Of a stretch of DNA of 18,102 bases, positions 9,455 through 18,102 are shown piece by piece; position 1 is the stretch's first letter, and every line of letters begins with the position of its first letter. Both the position numbers and the translations under genes were made by a program. Origin of the DNA: Ginkgo biloba (lineage: Eukaryota > Plantae > Ginkgophyta). The notes beneath the pieces were generated by a model. That model was given only the letters and a program-made list of their open reading frames with translations, was not told where the DNA came from and did no database searches. The stretch spans positions 128,096,831-128,114,932 of the forward strand of contig JANKJI020000004.1 in the NCBI GenBank assembly GCA_024626585.2. The letters are read 5' to 3'.

Positions 9455-9660
9455 TCATTCGTTGAGCGCCTTTAGGTCGTTCGTTGAGCACCTTTAGGTC
9501 ATTTTTTTATTTTTCAAGCCTCTTTAACCTGTTTGCTAAACTCTTTATCCCATTCACATAACCCCTTTAACCCAATTGCTAAACTCTTTGGTCAGTTTGT
9601 TGAACTCCTTTAGTTTGTTTATTGAACCCCTTTAGCCCATTNNNNNNNNNNACCTTTAGT
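9455..9660. repeat. Degenerate 21-22 bp minisatellite, about 9 units
   Basis: Begins TCATTCGTTGAGCGCCTTTAGG / TCGTTCGTTGAGCACCTTTAGG, followed by diverged units such as TTTGTTGAACTCCTTTAGTTTG and TTTATTGAACCCCTTTAGCCCA. Confidence 0.8.
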
Positions 9661-9910
9661 GGCTTCATTTTTTTGAATTGTCCATAACAACAAGCAATCA
9701 CTAATTTCATTGTAACTTTCGAACCGTAGCTCCATTTTTTGCACTCTTAGGTTCATTTCAAAGTTGACTCTCCTTCATTAACTTTGGGCTTAAACTACAT
9801 GTATTTTGCCCAATTTTATCTGTAATCGGACTATTCAAGAAATTATAGGAAACACTTTTGGATCTGAAGATGGTTTCGTCTTTCACCCACTCTTTTTAGT
9901 TCGTAAAATT

Positions 9911-10605
9911 TTCAAGGGTTTTAACTTCATCGTAGTTGTTAAAGCTAGAGCACAACAATAATGTTTTAGATCAACCCTCACATATCGACATAGTGGAAGC
10001 ATGTACCAGCATACCTCATAATTTTCTAGATGCAGTGTTGTTTCAAGTGGTTGCTATTCCTTACTGGTACGATGACATTGGGCAATACTAGAAATTGGGA
10101 AGGTGCCTTTACGATTGGATTGGATTGGATAAAGCATCGCAACTTAGCTCAACGAGCGAAACCATATCAACCCATGTTCTACGTTGATACTAGAACATGA
10201 AGTGTTGCCCATCTTGCAAGAAGCCCATGAAGGTGCAATAGGAGGGCACATAGGTAGCAATGGCACAACCAGAAAAGTATTAATCATTAGATTATGGTGG
10301 CCATTAGTATTTAAAGATGCCATAAATTGGTCTAAGAACTACAATGCTTGTCAAAAGGTGTGGGAAAACCACAAGCCATACACCACCCACCCTTGCCCTC
10401 GATATTGGGGTAATGTCCATTTGAGACATGGGGTTTGGGCTTCATAGGATCCATCATCCCTCCATCTGGTCACACACAAGATTGATTTATTTTAGTTGTG
10501 ACTGATTATGTTACAAGATGGGTAGAAGCAAGGCCATTACATAAATGTGATGCTGAAAGCACTCCCCAATTCATCCATGAAATGACAGATGATTATCACC
10601 TGTTT
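9911..10605 (+). pseudogene. RNase H tail and integrase N-terminal half of a non-chromovirus (Athila/Tat-like) Ty3/gypsy element
   Basis: Reads FKGFNFIVVVK...DAVLFQV...WYDDIGQY, then ILQEAHEGAIGGHIG...LWWPLVFKDA...ACQKV (HHCC region), then PFETWGL...VTDYVTRWVEARPL. It continues into the N gap. Confidence 0.9.
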
Positions 10606-11788
10606 NNNNNNNNNNNNNNNNNNNNNNNNNNNNNNNNNNNNNNNNNNNNNNNNNNNNNNNNNNNNNNNNNNNNNNNNNNNNNNNNNNNNNNNNNNNNNNN
10701 NNNNNNNNNNNNNNNNNNNNNNNNNNNNNNNNNNNNNNNNNNNNNNNNNNNNNNNNNNNNNNNNNNNNNNNNNNNNNNNNNNNNNNNNNNNNNNNNNNNN
10801 NNNNNNNNNNNNNNNNNNNNNNNNNNNNNNNNNNNNNNNNNNNNNNNNNNNNNNNNNNNNNNNNNNNNNNNNNNNNNNNNNNNNNNNNNNNNNNNNNNNN
10901 NNNNNNNNNNNNNNNNNNNNNNNNNNNNNNNNNNNNNNNNNNNNNNNNNNNNNNNNNNNNNNNNNNNNNNNNNNNNNNNNNNNNNNNNNNNNNNNNNNNN
11001 NNNNNNNNNNNNNNNNNNNNNNNNNNNNNNNNNNNNNNNNNNNNNNNNNNNNNNNNNNNNNNNNNNNNNNNNNNNNNNNNNNNNNNNNNNNNNNNNNNNN
11101 NNNNNNNNNNNNNNNNNNNNNNNNNNNNNNNNNNNNNNNNNNNNNNNNNNNNNNNNNNNNNNNNNNNNNNNNNNNNNNNNNNNNNNNNNNNNNNNNNNNN
11201 NNNNNNNNNNNNNNNNNNNNNNNNNNNNNNNNNNNNNNNNNNNNNNNNNNNNNNNNNNNNNNNNNNNNNNNNNNNNNNNNNNNNNNNNNNNNNNNNNNNN
11301 NNNNNNNNNNNNNNNNNNNNNNNNNNNNNNNNNNNNNNNNNNNNNNNNNNNNNNNNNNNNNNNNNNNNNNNNNNNNNNNNNNNNNNNNNNNNNNNNNNNN
11401 NNNNNNNNNNNNNNNNNNNNNNNNNNNNNNNNNNNNNNNNNNNNNNNNNNNNNNNNNNNNNNNNNNNNNNNAAATAGTAGTACAATCAAGTAGCACGACA
11501 ACTGGATGTCTTGCAACTGGTCGTAATAATCTTGCAACTGAAGATTGGACCATAAGGTAACCAAACAATTGGCATGTCAAGAAATTAATGCTAAAAGTCA
11601 TTAATAGTATATCAAATCATAAATAGGAAGAATAAAGGCGTTATCATTACTTCACATGTTGCCACCTTTGTCCTAAGTGGGGGCATAATGTCATGAATGA
11701 CTGTCATTAATCACCCTGTCATTGTAATCATNNNNNNNNNNNNNNNNNNNNNNNNNNNNNNNNNNNNNNNNNGAGTTGGTTGTTTTAA

Positions 11789-11990
11789 ATCCCTGTTATA
11801 ATTGTGACCAACTCACAAGCATTGATTGCAAGAGGAAGACGAGCAAACGAGGAAGGAAAGCATCCCTGTTATAACTGTGACCAACTCACAAGCATTGATC
11901 ACAAGAAAAAGAAAAGCATCCCTGTTATAATTGTGACCAACTCACAAGCATTGATCACAAGAGGAAGATGAGCAAATGAGGAAGGAAAGC
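11789..11990. repeat. Three tandem copies of a 73-bp unit (middle copy 56 bp)
   Basis: ATCCCTGTTATAAYTGTGACCAACTCACAAGCATTGAT... starts at 11789, 11862 and 11918. Confidence 0.95.
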
Positions 11991-13325
11991 AGTTGAACAA
12001 CAATGAGTAAATAATGGCAGAAATTCCACTATTCCATATTAAATTTGCAAACGTGATATTCGTTGCCATTGCCTGGAGTATAAAGAATTCCCTGAGTAAC
12101 ATACATTATGACAAGCAATGGAAAAAACAAGATTGGATATGTACTTATGCATCCCCGTGGTATGCTATGAGTTGTCGGCATTTAGCTTCAGCCCTGGGCA
12201 TAAGATCATTATGCTCGGAAGCTATGGTAATTCTGGAACAAGCGATTCCCAAGGATACTGGGCTGCCTCGAGACAGACCAAATTTCACTTCCACGCCTTG
12301 ACAAGACCGAGTAGTAATTGCTTAAAGTATTGTTCGCAACCATCAGACGTGACGACTTCAAGGATGCGAGTTGATGGACTTAAGGATCCCGACTTAAGAT
12401 GGATTGCACATTTATTGCAGCAAGATTATTGGGGAACTAGAAATGCACCCACATCCCAACACAGTTGCAGACCATGTCGAAATAGGTGCGAGTTAGTATG
12501 CAGTAGAATTAGTGTGCGTTCATCCATTTCAAATTGTTAGCCTTACTCAAAAGAGTAAAGGAGGCCTCACACTCTTCTTCATTTTTTTTGCCATCAGTGT
12601 TCTTCGGTTGTTGTTCACTTAATGCCCAGAAGATGGCTTGCTCATTAAGGATGATTGGCTGCATAAGATTTCATGGCTGAGCACGTCAATAGCAATTGTA
12701 CCAAAAATGAGGTGGGCTAAAACTAATCCATATAAATCAATCAAGTTTAAGTGGGAGGACTGGTTGAAGATCTTTGAAGGCGGCCTTGATAAAAAGGAAC
12801 TTAAACTAGCAAATCATGAAGCTGGAAGCCTACATTCACATCAAACATAATTTAGGTCCTGGTTCGTGATTTGGTAAGTAAAGTCAAGGACCCAACACAG
12901 GTGTGAACCAGGAGATTGTGGATGCTCAAACCATAGCTCAAGCAACTGAAAATTAAAGAAAATTTGTTGAGGAATTCATTGATGTATGGTTGGAGGATGT
13001 TGATTCCTCCATGGACACTTAGCAAAGATTCATGAATAGTTTTGAGAAGGGGATTCCTCCAAGCCTCAAAAAGATTATTCCCAAGCTCGGTGCGTGGATT
13101 TTTGCTAGTGGATAGGAAGCAGAATGAGATTTTTTTATTTGAAATATGATTGGATTCAGGCAATGGTGGAATGCAGAAAAGGCTACAGAAGAAGCTGAAG
13201 AAAAGGTGAAAGGTCTCATTGAAGACCTTAATAAGGCACAAGATGAGCTAGAAGTTGTTCAGAAGCAATTTGACAAGAACACAGAATCCACACCAGGTGG
13301 AAGTCCAATGGCTAGATTCTACTGA
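11918..13325 (+). pseudogene. Decayed extra ORF between the integrase and the 3' LTR, function unknown
   Basis: A chain of + strand frames (12014-12301, 12118-12540, 12638-12850, 12903-13325) joined by frameshifts and by stops that could derive from CAA/CAG/CGA/TGG. It ends in a coiled-coil-like segment, EKATEEAEEKVKGLIEDLNKAQDELEVVQKQF. Confidence 0.6.
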
Positions 13326-13470
13326 TTGAAACTGATACGTCTACTACCACAGCATGAAATTTTCCTTCCTCCAAACATTCACAAGAGCTTCAATTCCTGA
13401 AAGTGAACCTCAAATTTTCAAGGGGGCAACTCTAGGGCTTTTTGAAAGTTTTGATTTGTTCGAACGAGGA

Positions 13471-14044
13471 TGTCCAACATTAGTGGCCAGCAAGATGTAT
13501 GCCAGATAATTGATGCACTGTTCACAGATTCGGGTCATAAGCCATCATGGAATGATCGTTGGATGCGACAGTTCTCTGGTTGCAAGAAAATGGTGACATT
13601 TGTCTTTGGTTGCAACATTATGGTTACTCATCGGTCCTGTTAGAAGCTGATTGTAACACTTGTACTCTGGTCGCGGCACAACACATGCTCTTCGGTTGCA
13701 ACATTGCAACATTCTTTGGTTGTGACAACTGTTGTCATCTGTTGCATTAGGGCATCTTGTACCTTGGTTGCTAGTCAGAAATAGAAAAGAATAATTAAGT
13801 CGTAGTTAGCTAGAATTAAGAATAACAGAAAGTGATGACCTTTTGTAAAGCCATGTATGAAGCAGCATGAGAATAATATTTATATTTATTGTAATCATCA
13901 ATCTGTCATCTGATTGTATCTTGTATTGATGTATTGCATACTCAACCATGTACTGTGATTCAATTATAATATAATCCGTTTCTTCAAGACTACAACCCCG
14001 ATATACCAAGAGGACAGATGCGCATTGGTGAGAGCAATTTGACA
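13471..14044 (+). mobile_element. Probable 3' LTR (~574 bp) of the 9911-14044 element
   Basis: Imperfect inverted ends TGTCCAA...TTTGACA, preceded by the purine-rich GAACGAGGA. It contains internal TGGTTGCAACA repeats and an AT-rich promoter-like zone. Confidence 0.55.
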
Positions 14045-14812
14045 TCCCTCATCCTCGTGTGTCGATAGTATGGATGCTCGTCATGATCTCTGCGTGTCCT
14101 ACTTATTGACAGTCGATTAACTTTGCTGGAACAGACCACAGCAAACAGATTGCCTTAATGTTTATGTTGTTTTAAGGCATCAAGATTGTTTCTGAGAGCT
14201 TTTACGATGGACTGGTGGGAATATTCATGGGTACTTGAACATAGATAGAGGGTATGCCCTTTTGTGTGTAAATAAGTAAAGTGGCTAGGAGCATGTGATA
14301 GAACTTTACTTGTATGTTCTGTATCTGCAATCCTTACAACCATCAAGTTGAGCCCTTTGATTGTGGTAGTTATATCAGGTAGCTTTTCGCTTTTATTCCA
14401 CTGAAATGATGTATCACAATACGACAATAAGGATTTGGACTCCCTCGTGATCTACTCTCTTTAGAGCCTCGGCATGCCTATGAGGACCCATCATTTGTCC
14501 ACTCTTAATGTCTATATTAATTTTCACCATGCCTCTCTTCTGATCCTTGCTTTTTTTTGGAGGGGACCATATCCTATTTGCTGGTATATTTATGGCGTAG
14601 CTGTTGATGTTAAGACAGATAGGAATTCCTCCTCTTTTAAATAGCTCCTGAAACTGGTGAAGTGGTTTGATTTGTAAGAGGTCCATTCGCGTGTTTCTAG
14701 GAATCCCGCTTCTTCCAAATATCTCCTGGGACTGGTTAAACAGATTGGGCTTCCACCCTTTAATTTGTGTGTTTGGGGTTACACTTATTCCTACCTGTTT
14801 GCATATGATCAT
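14045..14812 (-). pseudogene. Unidentified decayed ORF (~255 codons), interrupted at the LTR boundary
   Basis: The 132-aa and 90-aa ORFs overlap by one frameshift near 14420. The frame stays open past one TAA up to the LTR edge. A telo-box lies upstream (14851-14843). I recognise no family. Confidence 0.4.
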
Positions 14813-15026
14813 TTACTTTCAATGATGAAGTCAGAGTCAGAGTTAGGGTTTTGAATTGCAATTGGCTGAAATTGTGTTTACAGTTCATCACCTCCAATTT
14901 GTATTCAGGGTTCTATAGTCAAATTTTGTCAAGGAGCTGCATTTTGTAAGCCATTATTTTATTGATAAAATGATATGTTTTCAAAACAGTAAAAGGGAAC
15001 TTCCCCCCATCATGCTAAATCGTTAG

Positions 15027-15071
15027 GTAGCTGCTGAGGTGATTAATAACCTTTCGAGTAATGCATCCTAG
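15027..15071 (+). CDS. Candidate terminal coding exon of the CW gene (VAAEVINNLSSNAS*)
   Basis: The GCTAAATCGTTAG acceptor gives a phase-0 frame to a TAG, followed by 3'UTR-like T-rich sequence. An alternative AG at 15030 gives LLR*. There is no homology support. Confidence 0.35.
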   Translation, partial: VAAEVINNLSSNAS

Positions 15072-16205
15072 CTGATGCACAAGTTTATAAAGACACAAAC
15101 TTGGAAACTAGGACAGGCTGTGAGGAATGGGAAATNNNNNNNNNNGGAGAAGAGTAACTTGGGAAGCAGGAGAAATTTTAGGCCACCGTAGAACCAGTGA
15201 ACCAGCCATTTGGAACCTTAGAGACTTGGACATGGTGGTTTCAGTTTCTAGCTGTACATTCTTACATTTTTCAGTTTATGTTTCTTTGTCGCATTATTGT
15301 TTGATTCAAAATCAGTAGTTTAAAATAATGTTGTGTTATTGTGATGCCAATGTAGCTTATTCTTGTGACAGTTCTTGTTATTGAATGTGTCTGATGAATG
15401 AGTCATCTACAGATGTCTGATAACAAAGCGTGAGTAGACAGTATCTGGGAATGGCAAGCAAACTTGAGGATATAATGGGAGGTGTAGGAATGTATTGACC
15501 TCATCCTTTTTTCTGTTGATGGACTAATTTTTTGTCTTAATGTCTGAAAGATGGCACTTCTCTGCATGATTTCATATCCAGAATTTTACTTTCTTCTACA
15601 CTCTTACTTATCCTCAGTTTGGCATATGTTTAATATTATTAATTGTCTGCCATGCATGCCTTTACCTTATTGCAAGCAGATGATTTGTGATCTTTTGTTT
15701 ATAGTCTGTTTATGTTTCAACTGATCATATAAGTGGTGAAAAACTGAAACTCAAATATGATAGAAAGAACAAATAAGTTTCGAAACAATGAAATGTGGTG
15801 AAGCCTTCAGAGATCAGACAAGGGCTCAAGAATATAAGAAAAATTTGAAATGATTAAGGGAATAGAAGACATGATCTTTTATAGTTTTACTCAGTGTTAT
15901 CATTGAAGGATTCCTGAAAAATGGACTGAGTGCATAATAATCCGTATAATCAAGCAGGTGAAAAAAGCAGGGCTTTTAACTATCATACTATAATGGGCAG
16001 AGGAAAGAGGGAGAGAGCACAGAGCTGTGTGGGGTTCAGACCTCATCATGTAACAATTTATGAAAGATGAACTTTGGTGTTGCTTTGTGTTTACAGCCCA
16101 GAAAAGTCAAGTCAACAGTCCCTTGGTAAATGTGTCTAAATTAAAGGTGCTTTTGGAGGCTAGTACATGTATACCAGAGTTGTTGGTTAGCAAAAGTACA
16201 GCAAG

Positions 16206-18102
16206 TACATGCCAAATTAGTTTTGACTTGCTTAAGCAATAGTTGATATAGGCCCTTATTTTAACCTTGCCAAATGTGTTGAAGCCTTTCACCATTTTTA
16301 CTGATGTTAGTGGGGTAGCTATTGGAGCTGTCCTAACTAAAGGTGAAAAGGTAATTGCTTATGAAAGCTGCAAAATGAATGAATCTGAGCAAAGGTATCC
16401 CATATATGACCAAGAGCTTTTCGCAGTGGTACATGCTATAAAAATTTGGAAACACTATTTGAAAAATAATGATTTTGAGGTAATAACAAGTCACAAACCT
16501 CTTTTGTTTTTTCCACCCAAGGGAGAATTAGGGGCTAAACAGTAGAGGTGGGCCATGCTCTTTGAATAATTTAGACCCAAAATGATATACAAGACTAGAA
16601 AGGAAAATGTGGTTGNNNNNNNNNNNNNNNNNNNNNNNNNNNNNNNNNNNNNNNNNNNNNNNNNNNNNNNNNNNTCGAGGGAACCCTAAGAAAAGAAATA
16701 GTTGAGGCAAAAAAGAGTGATAGTTGGTTCAAGATGGAAATGATGTTCCCAATATGAGTGTTAAGGATGTCATCCTTTGGTATAATGATAGGACTATGGT
16801 CCCAAATATAGCTTTGTTAAAGTATAAAATATTGTTTAAGCTCCATGATAGTTCTTTTGCCAGTCATGTGGGAAGGGACGAGACTTGGGAAGCAACCAGG
16901 AAGTATGTATATAATATGAAAAAGAAGTGGTTGATTATGTAAGAATCTATGAACAATGTTAGGTACATAAAGCGGAGAGAGAGCATCCTGTAGGATTACT
17001 AATGCCATTGCCTATTCTAGAAGGCAAGTGGAAATTCATTAGTATGGATTTTGTGACAAAACTTCCTAGAACTTGGCAACAACATGACCAAATCCTAGTT
17101 GTGGCAGATCAACTCATTGAGACGGTGAGATTTTTGCCTTGCAGAATGACACAAAGGTAAGCATATTGTAGATTTTCTTATAGCATAAATCTTTACCAAG
17201 TTTGGAGTGCCCAAGAGCATAGTGAGTGACAGGGATAGTAAGTTCACAAGCCATATGTGGACAGATATCTTTAAAGCTTTGGCGATACAATTATAGTTTA
17301 GCAATGGTGATCACCCTCAAACAAATGGACAAATCAAGAGGATAAATCAAATTATGGAGGACATGTTGAGGTCACATGCAACCTTCAAGCAAGCCAGTTG
17401 GGAAGAGAAACTCCCTTTTGTTGAATTTGCATGTAACAATAGCAAACATTCAACCATTGGCATGACTCCATTTAGAGCAATGTATGGATATGATCCTCTT
17501 ATCCCCCTTGAATTAGATCTTAAGGATTTTAAAGGAAAAACTCAAGTATTTTTGGAGATTCTTGAAGAGAGGCAGAAAGAATAAAGGGAATGTAAGAAGA
17601 ATATTGTGAGAGCAACAACTCGTGCAAAGTTATATGCGGATTAGAAATGATCACTAAGAAGTTTTGAGGTGGGAGATATGGTTTAGCTTAGAGTTAAACC
17701 AAATAGTTCTTTGTCCACTAGAGGGNNNNNNNNNNNNNNNNNNNNNNNNNNNNNNGACCATTCTAGGTGTTGGAAAAAGTGAATGAAACAACCTATAAAT
17801 TATAGTTACCAACACTAGTTAAAATGCATCCAATATTTCATGCATTCTGGTTGAAAAAGGTTTTGTCTAGGCATGATAATGTTCTACCTACTTATGTTGA
17901 TGTGTAGGAAGTAGATTAAGAGGTGCATGATCCAATTGGTATATTGGATGAAACATTAAGAAGACTGTGAAATAGGGAGATATTAGAGTATCTCCTTGAA
18001 TGGTCAAACAAGCCTTTGGAAGAATCTACATGGGAGTCTGCAGTTTTTTGCCAAGAGGTTGGTCTCATTGGAGACAATGATCTCCCTGGGGCAAAGAGAG
18101 AT
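16206..18102 (+). mobile_element. 5'-truncated decayed chromovirus pol: RNase H, integrase, GPY/F and chromodomain, ending at a probable PPT
   Basis: Motifs seen: FTDVSGVAIGAVL...IAYES...YDQELFAVVHAIKIWKHYL; LHDSSFASHVG; ISMDFVTKLP; SIVSDRDSKFTS; HPQTNGQ; TPFRAMYG; MHPIFH; EYLLEWSNKPLEESTWE (~17986-18036). The purine run GGGGCAAAGAGAGA is at 18088-18101. Confidence 0.95.

Noticed and set aside
10498-11601. 300-350 aa ORFs in the ORF track
   Set aside because: These are artefacts of translating through the long N run.
12852-13241. 129-aa - strand ORF
   Set aside because: Most likely the antisense shadow of the decayed + strand coiled-coil frame.
11575-14044. TGTCAA...TTGACA as the ends of one element
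   Set aside because: The flanks TGGCA and TCCCT do not form a TSD, and the 13471 start explains the right end better.
14505-14575. WSPP...GMVKINID as a LINE RNase H-like motif
   Set aside because: The spacing is about six residues too long and the downstream RNase H motifs are absent.

Overview
AT-rich plant nuclear DNA with many N gaps, probably from a large-genome vascular plant (fern or gymnosperm; this is an inference from the TE types). The ORF track almost entirely misses the main host feature: the 3' part of a + strand, intron-split gene encoding a CW-type zinc finger. Its exons are 5445-5532, 5700-5854, 7242-7332 and 8935-8982, with a possible last exon at 15027. They splice in frame to ...NWLQC...ICGKWRRAP...WDCSC..WDPFHADCAVPQELETEDILKRLK, which resembles the plant PHD/ELM2/CW family (from recall, At2g19260-like). 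The introns and flanks are filled with decayed retroelements: (1) a CRM-like Ty3/gypsy gag-PR-RT on the - strand (1851-4210), cut inside RT by a probable ~1.5 kb LTR; (2) two short LTR remnants; (3) an antisense L1 LINE fragment; (4) the 3' half of a non-chromovirus gypsy with a long extra ORF and a 3' LTR (9911-14044); (5) an unidentified decayed antisense ORF (14045-14812); (6) a chromovirus RH-INT-chromodomain (16206-18102). The most unusual structure is a ~710 bp three-tier tandem array (415-1125) built on one core, (C)GGTCAA, the reverse complement of the W-box. In one block the core is paired with GAATATTC (P1BS/HSE-like), and in the others with GTACG (SPL-like). I see no CRISPR array, RNA gene or intact TE ORF, and I cannot show a new biological system from sequence alone.
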